From IMG/VR virus record IMGVR_UViG_3300037657_000071, positions 1-33,378 of that record: a stretch of DNA of 33,378 nucleotides. One strand, 5' to 3'. This DNA comes from a virus (Duplodnaviria > Caudoviricetes). This document shows, one piece after another, positions 8,027 to 16,440 of this stretch; positions within the stretch are counted from its first letter, which is position 1, and each line of letters begins with the position of its first letter. The position numbers and the translations under genes are program-made. A model generated the notes under the pieces. It ran no database searches. It saw nothing but the letters and a program-made list of their open reading frames with translations, and was not told the DNA's origin.

Positions 8027-8695
8027 ATGGACAGAGAACAGCGAAAAGAGCATCGCCGGCAGCGCTTCATCGCCCTGATCGACGAGAAGTTCGGCGGCAA
8101 CCAAGCGCGCTTCGAGTCGAAGACTGGAGTGGCGGCGAGCCTTGCGTCTCGCTACATCAGCGGCAGCAAGGGCATCGGCGAAGACATGAAGGCGAAGATC
8201 GAGGAACAAGCCGGGGTTCTAGGATGGTTCGATGATTCAGAAAGCACGGCTGAGCTTTCACCGGAGCGAGGGCTACAGATCGACGTGTTGAGCGTTTCTG
8301 GATCCATGGGGTTCGGTGAGCCGATCCCCGACCACGAGACGGTGATCAACCGCCTGAACGTCGAGCTTGATTGGGTGCGGAAGCATCTGCCGTCTATATC
8401 GAGCCCCGGAAACCTCAAGGTGATCAGCGGCTACGGCGATTCGATGGCGCCGACATACAACGACGGCGACATTCTTTTGGTCGACACGGGTGTGCGGTCA
8501 GTCATGATCGATGGTGTGTATGTTCTCAGCGCTCACAACCGGCTATACATCAAGCGGGTGCGCCAGCGCATGGATGGTCAGTTTGAGGTGTCGAGCGACA
8601 ATCCGACGGTCAAGACGGTCGATGTGCTGAACGGGGCGCATGAAGTGACGGTGCACGGCCGTGTAATGTGGGCGTGGAACGGTAGAAAACTCTGA
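8027..8695 (+). CDS. cI: CI repressor (HTH + S24 autopeptidase)
   Basis: 222 aa. N-terminal HTH, catalytic GDSMAP Ser, YIKRV Lys and a C-terminal GRVMW motif. Confidence 0.93.
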   Translation: MDREQRKEHRRQRFIALIDEKFGGNQARFESKTGVAASLASRYISGSKGIGEDMKAKIEEQAGVLGWFDDSESTAELSPERGLQIDVLSVSGSMGFGEPIPDHETVINRLNVELDWVRKHLPSISSPGNLKVISGYGDSMAPTYNDGDILLVDTGVRSVMIDGVYVLSAHNRLYIKRVRQRMDGQFEVSSDNPTVKTVDVLNGAHEVTVHGRVMWAWNGRKL

Positions 8696-8712
8696 GGCAA
8701 GGGGTAACAGGT

Positions 8713-10650
8713 GTGGCGTTTCGTTCCTGCGTGCGATTTCCGGAGGTGCTCGCACTGAGGCAGGACATTCAGGCGCTCCGAGGCTTGGCTGTTCTGCTGG
8801 TCGTCGCTTTTCACGTGGCGCCTTCGGCCGCACCGGCCGGATTCCTCGGCGTCGACGTGTTCTTCGTGATTTCCGGGTATCTGCTGGCCGGCCAGGTCAT
8901 CGCGGCCAGGGCCCGAGGGTCTTTTTCCTACCGCACCACGCTGTGGCGTCGTTTCGTCAGGCTCGCTGTGCCCGCCGCGCCGGTCTATGTCGTGGTGGCC
9001 ATCGCCGGCCTCGTGCTACTGACGGCCGACGAAAAGGCCGCTCTTTGGGCGCAGCTCGCCGGTGCGATCACCTTCACGTCGGATGTCGTCCTGTGGTCGC
9101 AGGGCGGCTACTTCGATCAGGACGCCGCAACGAAGCCACTGCTTCACACATGGGCCTTGTCGACAGTTTTTCAGGCTGCGGTGGTCTTTCCGCTGATCGT
9201 TGGCGCCTGGACTCATTGGCGCCCTGGCGTCGCGGCAGTCGCGGTCGCTGGCTTCGTGGCGTTCGCGTTGCTCGCCCGGCACGCTCCGGACGCGGCCTAT
9301 TTTCTGACACCTTTCCGCCTGTGGGAGTTTGCGGTGGGCGCTCTGGTCGCCGGCGTTTCGTCGCCCGGCGCCGCGCCGGCCGCTCGTCGATGGGCGATGC
9401 CCGGTGTAGTTGGCGCAGTCGCTGGTGTGGCATGCACAGCAGGTCCCGGACTGCAGCCGGAGGCGACCATTTTCGTGTGCATTGCGGTCGCAATGGCATT
9501 GGTGCTGCGTGCGGAGACTTCGCCGGTGTGGCGGCCGTTTGCCGCGCTGGGTGCAATTTCGTATCCGCTCTACCTCATCCACTGGCCTGCGCTCGCCTTC
9601 GCGCGGTCGCTCTACCTTGGAGTTGATCCGCCAGTCGTGGTCGTGGCCGCGATCGTGGTGGTCTCGATCGTATTGGCCTACGCCCTTCACCGAGCCGTTG
9701 AGGTACGACGGCCGATCGACGCTCGGCACGGAATGGCGGCAGCCATGGTGGCGGCGCTGCTCGCCGGTGGTGTGCCGGGAAGCGCCGACGCGTCGCCCGG
9801 TACCGACTGGCGCGAAGAGAGGCGCCCGAACACTGGCCTCGGCTCACAGTGCGAGTTCGACGGGCCGTTCGAACCGCGTAGCGACTGCATGACCACGTCG
9901 GCGCCGCAGATCTTGGTGTGGGGCGACAGCGTCGCCATGCAGTGGGTCGAAGGGTTGGTTCGCGCAGACACCGGCCATCTGGGCATCGCACAGGCGACGA
10001 TGAGCACATGCGGGCCGATGCTGGGTATCTCACCCGTTTATTCCGGGGCGCTTGGCGATCAGTGGGCGCGCCGATGCCTGGCGTTCAATGACGCCGTGCT
10101 CTCGTGGCTGCAGCGTGAGACCGGAATCCGTCACGTCTTGCTTTCGTCGATCTTCGCCTACAACGTCGAACGCGGTCAGCAGCTACTGACTCGCCAGGGA
10201 AGGGCGCCACAGACGGTCGACGCGGCCCACGCGGCGCTGATGAAAACAGTCAATGCAATTCGGGCGGCGGGCAAAAGTGTCACCGTTGTCGGCCCGGCGC
10301 CAGTTGCGGACTTCGACGTTGGCGCCTGTCTTGAGCGCGTCGCGTCCGGCCTGCCGATAGCCGGCCGGCGCACATGCGATATCGACCAGCGCGACCACGA
10401 GCGAACCGCAGCAGCCGTGCTCGAGCTGCTGCGCCGAGTCGAATCATCAAGGGTGTCGGTCGTGCGTCCCACGGCGGTGCTCTGCGACGGCCGCGTCTGC
10501 CGCACAGAGCTCGACGGGCAGGCGCTGTACCGCGACAAGACACACATCAGCTACACCGGGTCAGTGGCGCTGGTCGCGCGGCTCGGGTTGCTCAGGAAAG
10601 TTACGACAAGAGATTTCAGGACATCTGCTCAGAGGTCCGCGGCGAACTGA
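8713..10650 (+). CDS. Acyltransferase-3 fused to SGNH domain (OafA/OatA-like O-acyltransferase); start uncertain (8713 or 8746)
   Basis: RQDIQALRGLAVLLVVAFH, GFLGVDVFFVISGYL, LLHTW, ISYPLYLIHWP and many TM helices, followed by a soluble domain with GDS and DKTH (DxxH). Confidence 0.9.
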   Translation: MAFRSCVRFPEVLALRQDIQALRGLAVLLVVAFHVAPSAAPAGFLGVDVFFVISGYLLAGQVIAARARGSFSYRTTLWRRFVRLAVPAAPVYVVVAIAGLVLLTADEKAALWAQLAGAITFTSDVVLWSQGGYFDQDAATKPLLHTWALSTVFQAAVVFPLIVGAWTHWRPGVAAVAVAGFVAFALLARHAPDAAYFLTPFRLWEFAVGALVAGVSSPGAAPAARRWAMPGVVGAVAGVACTAGPGLQPEATIFVCIAVAMALVLRAETSPVWRPFAALGAISYPLYLIHWPALAFARSLYLGVDPPVVVVAAIVVVSIVLAYALHRAVEVRRPIDARHGMAAAMVAALLAGGVPGSADASPGTDWREERRPNTGLGSQCEFDGPFEPRSDCMTTSAPQILVWGDSVAMQWVEGLVRADTGHLGIAQATMSTCGPMLGISPVYSGALGDQWARRCLAFNDAVLSWLQRETGIRHVLLSSIFAYNVERGQQLLTRQGRAPQTVDAAHAALMKTVNAIRAAGKSVTVVGPAPVADFDVGACLERVASGLPIAGRRTCDIDQRDHERTAAAVLELLRRVESSRVSVVRPTAVLCDGRVCRTELDGQALYRDKTHISYTGSVALVARLGLLRKVTTRDFRTSAQRSAAN

Positions 10651-10741
10651 GGCGCGCAGAATTCCCGGAATAGCGAACCAAGAAATTAATTAGAAACGAT
10701 GTGATCCGTCCCGCCGCCTTGCGGCAAAACCGGAGCGCATC

Positions 10742-10942
10742 ATGCAATCAAACTCTCTTCGCCCTGCCCAGGCTGCCGCCTTTCTTGGCATTGGACGCGC
10801 AACTCTCTGGCGTTGGTCGCGTGACCGTCCTGACTTTCCCCGGCCGCGTCGCCTTTCAACACGCTGCACTGTATTTGACCAAGCCGAACTGACCGCTTGG
10901 CGTGACAGTCAGACCGTTCTGCCCAAGGCGGCCGGAGTCTAG
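10742..10942 (+). CDS. alpA: AlpA-family HTH protein
   Basis: 66 aa, LRPAQAAAFLGIGRATLWRW...FPRPRRLS...ELTAW. RBS GGAG. Confidence 0.85.
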   Translation: MQSNSLRPAQAAAFLGIGRATLWRWSRDRPDFPRPRRLSTRCTVFDQAELTAWRDSQTVLPKAAGV

Positions 10943-10961
10943 AAGAGGCTTCACTAGTTTG

Positions 10962-10986
10962 AGCCCGCCCCGAGCGGGCTTTTTTT
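10962..10986 (+). terminator. Intrinsic terminator closing the immunity transcript
   Basis: AGCCCGC-CCCGA-GCGGGCT followed by TTTTTT. Confidence 0.85.
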
Positions 10987-11103
10987 CGCCCGTCTTTCTC
11001 CGTCTCCGCCCGCCCGACCTGCGCGCAGCGACCCCGGCCTGCGATCACCCAATCGCCGCCGCATCACTTTCGTAGTCATCCAAAAGGATGAGTCAGAAAA
11101 AAA

Positions 11104-11145
11104 TTACCCAAAGGTATTGACCGGAGATTTACCGACGGGTAATGT
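11104..11145 (+). promoter_or_regulatory. Operator OL (two sites) and early promoter PL
   Basis: TTACCCAAAGGTAT (11104-11117) and TTACCGACGGGTAA (11129-11142). -35 TTGACC (11117-11122), 17 bp, -10 TAATGT (11140-11145), with an A-tract upstream. Confidence 0.82.
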
Positions 11146-11187
11146 TCATCCCGTAGCAAGCGCCAACGAACGCATACGGAGGATGAG

Positions 11188-11535
11188 ATGGACACCAGAC
11201 AGCAGGCCGAAGCAGTCATCGAAGCACAGGTCAGAAACCAGATCGAGCACCGCGGCCGCATGCCCTCGGGCTCGCTCGAATACAACGGCGCAGACATCGA
11301 AATGTTCAGTGGCGCCGTGCTGGTGGCGATGGCCACATGCGACACGCCTGACGCGCTGATGGCCGCGCTGCGCCAGGCTCGCGAGACGCACATCGTCATG
11401 CCGCTTGCCGAGGTCGCGATCCAGTGTCGCGGCGAGGATGTCGCCGCCGATTTCGAGGACGAGGCGCGCGAGTCCCGTGCTGCGGCGAACCGCAGCCGCA
11501 TCGTGATGGCGGCCGTTTCGGGGTGGCAGCAATGA
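11188..11535 (+). CDS. Hypothetical protein (first PL gene)
   Basis: 115 aa with RBS GGAGG. Stop overlaps the next start. Confidence 0.7.
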   Translation: MDTRQQAEAVIEAQVRNQIEHRGRMPSGSLEYNGADIEMFSGAVLVAMATCDTPDALMAALRQARETHIVMPLAEVAIQCRGEDVAADFEDEARESRAAANRSRIVMAAVSGWQQ

Positions 11536-11768
11536 AGCCCGCACCGGTCCTGACCGCGGTCCTGATGGACCTGCCGGTGCGTGCAGCAACAACCCGCGCG
11601 ATGCTGGCCTACGGCGGCACGTTTGTGCGCCGTCTCGCCGACCTTCTTGTTGTCGCCGACACGCAGAACGCCGCGAGTCTGGTTGCTGCCTTCCCGGATG
11701 TCTTTGCCCGGTACGGTCCCGGCAGCGCGCCGTTCGAGGCGGTCACACGCGGCGAGGTACCGGCATGA
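11532..11768 (+). CDS. Hypothetical protein
   Basis: 78 aa from ATG 11532 (ATGA overlap), containing YGGTFVRRLAD...AFPDVF. Confidence 0.7.
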   Translation: MKPAPVLTAVLMDLPVRAATTRAMLAYGGTFVRRLADLLVVADTQNAASLVAAFPDVFARYGPGSAPFEAVTRGEVPA

Positions 11769-12139
11769 GCGCCGTCCGAGCCTTCGAGAGCGCCTACCCG
11801 GGTTCGATGTTCGAGCGCCGCGATGGGTACTACGTCGAGCGCAACGACCACAAGAGCATGGCCGCGGCGCTGGTCGAATTGATCGCGTCTCGCGACCGCG
11901 AACTGGACGATCTACGCGATGCGGTCAAAAGCTACCAGCGACTGCTGGATGCCGCGCCGCACCTGATGGACGCATTGAAACATGCCAGTGGCTGCTTCGA
12001 GGCGGCCGAGTGCGAGGGCTTCTCCGTGGCGCTGCAGGAAGGCGACCTTGATCGTGTCCGCGACATCTGGTCCCGCCGCATCTCGCGTGCATGCGAACTG
12101 ATCCCCTCAGCTCTCGCCAAAGCCGGAGGTGCGTCATGA
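11765..12139 (+). CDS. Hypothetical protein
   Basis: 124 aa with ATGA overlaps. AAPHLMDALK...ALAKAGG pattern is common in phage early proteins. Confidence 0.7.
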   Translation: MSAVRAFESAYPGSMFERRDGYYVERNDHKSMAAALVELIASRDRELDDLRDAVKSYQRLLDAAPHLMDALKHASGCFEAAECEGFSVALQEGDLDRVRDIWSRRISRACELIPSALAKAGGAS

Positions 12140-12531
12140 ACGACTCGCGCTACGAATTCGCGACACGCGAAGACGTCGATTGCCTCGTGACGGCGACATG
12201 CCAGAACAGCCAGGCGCTGACGCTGATTGGCGAAACGCAGGGCTTCGACGCAGTCATGAACACGCTGCTGGTCGCCGGCTGCCTCTTCATGAACCAACGC
12301 GCCGGCATCACGCCCGACGACAACACGCCGGTCTATGAGATTGCCCGCGCCGCGCGGCTGCTCGGACTGCACCTGGCCATCAACAAGGCCGGGGAAGTCG
12401 TCGTCGTGCCGACCGGCACGCCCGGCTTTCGCCCGGTAGGCGTGGTGGAGCGCGACGCCGCCTACGACCAGACGGAAGCTGGCGCCCGCGTGACCGACTG
12501 CGCGAGCGACCCGCTGCGAGGTGCCGCATGA
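12136..12531 (+). CDS. Hypothetical protein
   Basis: 131 aa from ATG 12136, with RBS GGAGG and ATGA overlap. Confidence 0.7.
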   Translation: MNDSRYEFATREDVDCLVTATCQNSQALTLIGETQGFDAVMNTLLVAGCLFMNQRAGITPDDNTPVYEIARAARLLGLHLAINKAGEVVVVPTGTPGFRPVGVVERDAAYDQTEAGARVTDCASDPLRGAA

Positions 12532-12662
12532 GCACCGCAGAGATCCTCATCGGCGGCGCGATCTACGTCTTCGTGTGCTGGGTCGTCGCGCAGCTTTGCT
12601 CGGTCATCGCCGACGAGATGGGCGGCCCGGACGACGACGAAGTCGGAGCGCGTGATGAATAG
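12528..12662 (+). CDS. Small single-pass membrane protein
   Basis: Below the track cutoff. MSTAEILIGGAIYVFVCWVVAQLCSVIADEMGGPDDDEVGARDE, 44 aa, RBS GAGG, ATGA overlap. Confidence 0.6.
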   Translation: MSTAEILIGGAIYVFVCWVVAQLCSVIADEMGGPDDDEVGARDE

Positions 12663-12912
12663 CCGCCGCGTCTTCGTCCGCGCCCGCGCGCTGTTCCGGC
12701 TCGTTCAGACCGATCTGCGCATCCGCTCGACAGCGATATCTGCGCTCGGCTCATCGAGCGCGCTGCGTACATCCGAGTTCATGCGCGCCGATGCCGTCCG
12801 CCTCTGTACCGACCACGGAAAGCACCTCACCCGGCTCAAGGCCCTGCGCGACGCAGAGCACGCCGCCTATCGCGCGGTTCGCCGCGCTCAACTGATTGGA
12901 GTCATTCGATGA
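12655..12912 (+). CDS. Hypothetical protein
   Basis: 85 aa with RBS GGAG. Stop overlaps the exonuclease start. Confidence 0.6.
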   Translation: MNSRRVFVRARALFRLVQTDLRIRSTAISALGSSSALRTSEFMRADAVRLCTDHGKHLTRLKALRDAEHAAYRAVRRAQLIGVIR

Positions 12913-13754
12913 ATGCACCCGAACGCATCAACGGCATTGAGCCGCTGGCAACTATTCGCGCCAGCTCGTGGCCATCCCTATTCGACTGCGGGCACCGTTG
13001 GTACTGGCAAAACATCGTCGGTATCAAGAACCCATCATCCGGCGCTGCCGCGCTCGGCACTGCTGTGCATGCCGGCACCGCGGCATTTGATGCGGCCCGC
13101 CTGATTGACGGTGCGTCGATCAGCGTAACCGACGCGGTCGACGCGGCACGCGACAACCTCGCGCACCCGGAATACGAGGTTGCCTGGGATGAAGACCTGT
13201 CGCCGAACGAGGCCGACAGCTTCGCCATCAAGCTGACGACGCGGTACTGCAACGAGATTGCGCCGATCCGCACCTATTCGGCGGTTGAGCTCGAATGCGA
13301 GGCGCTGGACATCGCCACCGAACACGGCGTCGTTCGTGTCACTGGAACGACCGATCGCGTCCGTGTGCTGGAAGACGGACGCCGCGGAATCAGCGACATC
13401 AAGACTGGTGGCCGCGCGACGGAAAAGGCGCCGGACGGCAGCCGCCGGGCTGTCACCAAAGGACACCACCTCCAGCTCGGTATCTACACGCTGATGGCCG
13501 AGCAGGCCAGCGGTGAGCGCATGGAGGCGCCCGCTGAAATCATCGGCCTGCAGACGACCAAGGAAACGCCGTGCGGTACCGGTGAGATCGCGGACGTGAA
13601 AACGCCGCTTCTCGGCACTGAAGAGCATCCCGGCCTGATCGAGATCGCCGCGCGAATGCTTCGCGACGGGATCTTCCCGCCGAACCCGAAAAGCATGCTC
13701 TGCAGCAACAAGTATTGCCCGGCCTACGCCGCGCACTGCCGCTACCACGACTGA
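12909..13754 (+). CDS. PD-(D/E)XK RecB/Cas4-like exonuclease
   Basis: 281 aa with GTAVH, GTTDRV, SDIKTG and QLGIY. One N-terminal plus three C-terminal Cys (Fe-S staple pattern). Confidence 0.85.
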   Translation: MNAPERINGIEPLATIRASSWPSLFDCGHRWYWQNIVGIKNPSSGAAALGTAVHAGTAAFDAARLIDGASISVTDAVDAARDNLAHPEYEVAWDEDLSPNEADSFAIKLTTRYCNEIAPIRTYSAVELECEALDIATEHGVVRVTGTTDRVRVLEDGRRGISDIKTGGRATEKAPDGSRRAVTKGHHLQLGIYTLMAEQASGERMEAPAEIIGLQTTKETPCGTGEIADVKTPLLGTEEHPGLIEIAARMLRDGIFPPNPKSMLCSNKYCPAYAAHCRYHD

Positions 13755-13776
13755 CCAACACGAGGACAACAAGACC

Positions 13777-14706
13777 ATGAACGCACCCGCGAACAACACA
13801 AGCGTCACCGCGCTGCGCAGCCAGCAGACCGCGCCGCGCGAGAACACATTGCCGGCCGTGCGCGCCGGCTTTTTCGACCTGCAGGCCTTCGAGTTGATCC
13901 AGCGCGTGAGCAAGGCCTTTGCCTCGTCCGACCTCGTGCCCAAGCAGTACCAGGGGAATCTGGCCAACTGCATGATCGCGATGGACATGGCTCAGCGCAT
14001 CGGCGCGAACCCGCTCATGGTCATGCAGAACCTGTACATCGTGCATGGAACACCGGGCTGGTCGTCGAAGTTCCTGATCGCGACGATCAACGCAAGCGGC
14101 CGATACAGCTCGCTGCGCTACGAATGGAAGGGCAAGCCAGGCGAAGCGGACTACGGCTGCCGCGCCTGGGCGATTGAACGAGAAACCGGTGAGCGTCTGG
14201 ACGGAATCTGGGTGACGTGGGCCATGGTGCGCGCCGAGGGTTGGGATTCGAAGAACGGCAGCAAGTGGAAAACGATGCCCGACCAGATGTTCGTGTATCG
14301 CTGCGCGGCTTTCTGGCAGCGCGCCTACGCACCCGAACTCGGCATGGGTCTTCAGACCGTCGAGGATATCCAGGATACGTTCGAAGCGTCACCGGACGGC
14401 CGGGGCGGGTTCTCGGTCGACCTGAATGCCTTGCGCGACCCAGCCCCGACAACGGCGGAACCCTCCCCTGAGAAGCCCGAAAGCCCGGCCGACATGGACC
14501 GCCGACAGGACAACGAACTGCGCCAGGTCGAACAGGGAACCAGCAAACAGGCGCCGCCCGCCACCGTCCAGCAGCCGGCCGGCGACTGGATCCCGACGCC
14601 TGAAGAAGAGGCAGCGATCCGCGCGCGAGAACTGGCCGAGTCCCAAGGCAAGCAACCCGAACCGACCCGCCAGCGCCACGAACGTGGCGGCATGGACATC
14701 GAGTAA
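13777..14706 (+). CDS. recT: RecT/Red-beta-like single-strand annealing protein
   Basis: 309 aa with SDLVPKQYQGNLANC...VMQNLYIVHG...SKWKTMPDQM and an acidic tail. Adjacent to the exonuclease. Confidence 0.8.
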   Translation: MNAPANNTSVTALRSQQTAPRENTLPAVRAGFFDLQAFELIQRVSKAFASSDLVPKQYQGNLANCMIAMDMAQRIGANPLMVMQNLYIVHGTPGWSSKFLIATINASGRYSSLRYEWKGKPGEADYGCRAWAIERETGERLDGIWVTWAMVRAEGWDSKNGSKWKTMPDQMFVYRCAAFWQRAYAPELGMGLQTVEDIQDTFEASPDGRGGFSVDLNALRDPAPTTAEPSPEKPESPADMDRRQDNELRQVEQGTSKQAPPATVQQPAGDWIPTPEEEAAIRARELAESQGKQPEPTRQRHERGGMDIE

Positions 14707-14713
14707 CGATCAA

Positions 14714-14847
14714 GGGGGAAAGCTGCCCGGAGAAGCCGAAAGGCATCAGGGCAGGCGCAAGCCGACGAGGTTCCGTCACTTCTGACAATCAGCCCGGATG
14801 GGTCGAAGTCCCGAGAAGCGGGAAGTGATTAAGGCAGTGAGTACCCC
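14714..14847 (+). ncRNA. Putative structured RNA element (multi-stem, GNRA loops, loop-E motif)
   Basis: Closing GGGG/CCCC and CUGCC/GGCAG stems flank GAA/AGUA. Hairpins GCC-GAAA-GGC and GGC-GCAA-GCC. UCACUUC/GAAGUGA encloses three short hairpins. Confidence 0.55.
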
Positions 14848-14880
14848 ACCTCATTTGCAGGCGAAAAAGGAGAAGTAACG

Positions 14881-16440
14881 ATGAACGCACCTCAAGACTT
14901 CCGCGCGATGACTGCTGACTCCGTCGGCAAAGACCTGTTGTCGGCGCTCGTGACCGAACTGAAGCTCATGCCGAAGACGTGGCCGCAGCTTTCCGAATCG
15001 AAGCAGAACGACATCATTGATCGCCTGCGCGCTCGCGTCGACAGCAACATCAAGATGGCCGTGCATTTGCTGGCCGCACAGGGTCGAACTGTGGCGGCTG
15101 GCGATCTCGACCAGATCACCGCACTGCTGCGGCAGTACGGCTACGCGGTGGCCGAGACGACGCACGACTGCGGCCAGCTCGGCGGCCTGGCGCAGAGCCG
15201 CAAGCGATTCCTGTTGGTCGCTCGACACATCGAGAAGGTGCCGCCGTTTCTGTACGAGCCGGCGATGAAGCGGCTGCAGGGTGTCGGCACGGTGCTGGGC
15301 CGTATGCCGCTGCCCGGCGACGCGGCGGGCGGGCCGATGCACCGGGTGCCGGCGTTGATGTGGAAGACCTGGGTGCGGCTGGCGTTCGTCGAGGCAGGCA
15401 GCGACTGGCGCAGCCTGAACAGGCTGGCGATCGAGGGCGGTGTGCTGCGCGACTACCTGATCGTGCCGGAGATGCACAACGGATCACTCGGCGTGAAGCG
15501 CTGGGAAGAACCGATCGGCGTGGTGGCCGGTGCAAGCCGTCCGCAGAACGGTGCGTTCTCGGTCGCCGATCCGCGCTTCGAGCAGTCCGCGAAGTGGTCG
15601 GATGGCCAGGCCTACGGAGTCCGCAAGTGGGACTCGCACACCGGTACGGTCAGCGGCAAGACGATGCCCGGGCAGGGCTCGTTCGCGGTGTCAGACCCGC
15701 GCATGCCGCCGAGTGATACCCGGCACTACAACATATTCCGGGTCATCGACTGGCGCCACCCGTCGAATTGCGTCACCGGCTCGCAGCAGATCGGCAGCGG
15801 TGCGATGGCGGTCAGCGACCCGCGCCCGGCCGGCGAGGTTTTCGGCAAGTACGCCGTGACCGACTGGACCGACGCGGCCGGAACCGTCATCAGCGGCAGC
15901 ACCACAGGGCAGGGTGCCTATGCCGTGGCCGACCCGCGCCCCGGCATGCAGCGCCAGCGCGGCGACCACTACCTGACCGGCGGTCACTACGGCGTCGTGC
16001 CGTGGTCGGGCAGCTCGGGCGCTGTGTCGGCGTCCGCGTGTCACGACAACGGGCCGTGGTCGGTCGCTGATCCTCGGGTTTGCGATTCGGTGCAAGTCGA
16101 GGCCCCTGGCGTGCCGGCGCCCGCCGACCGCCTGGTAGCGATGATCCGCTCCGAGGACGGCACATGGCACCGCCCGTTCACCACGCTGGAACTCGCCGCG
16201 CTGCAGTCGCTGGTGGATCCGGAGGCGATGCTGGAGCTGGACGGTCTGAGCGACAGCGATTGGCGCGAGCGTATCGGCAACGCTGTCCCGCCGGACGCCG
16301 CTCAGGCCATCGCCAGCGAAATGGGCCGCACGCTGCTACTCGCGTGGAGCGGCGAGACATTCACCCTAAGCAGTGCGCCGATCTGGGTGCAGCCGGCGCT
16401 GGCTGCGCTGACGGTCGCGCAGGGAGCGAACCATGGCTGA
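14881..16440 (+). pseudogene. Chimeric ORF: N-terminus of an unrelated phage protein fused to the C-terminal part of a C5-cytosine methyltransferase
   Basis: Retains motifs VIII (QSRKR), IX (RPFTTLELAALQS) and X (IGNAVP). Lacks motif I FxGxG, catalytic PC and ENV. Apparent junction at LDQIT (15106-15120). Confidence 0.7.

Noticed and set aside
11146-11186. Hairpin (TCATCC/GGATGA, CCGTA/TACGG) occluding the first PL RBS
   Set aside because: The outer arm probably lies upstream of the predicted +1, and the remaining stem is too short to support a claim.
12909-13754. CRISPR-Cas locus suggested by the Cas4-like protein
   Set aside because: No repeat-spacer array or other cas genes were seen. 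Adjacency to RecT indicates a recombination exonuclease.
14881-16440. Functional C5 DNA methyltransferase
   Set aside because: SAM-binding motif I, the catalytic PC and ENV are missing, and no separate ORF supplying them was seen.
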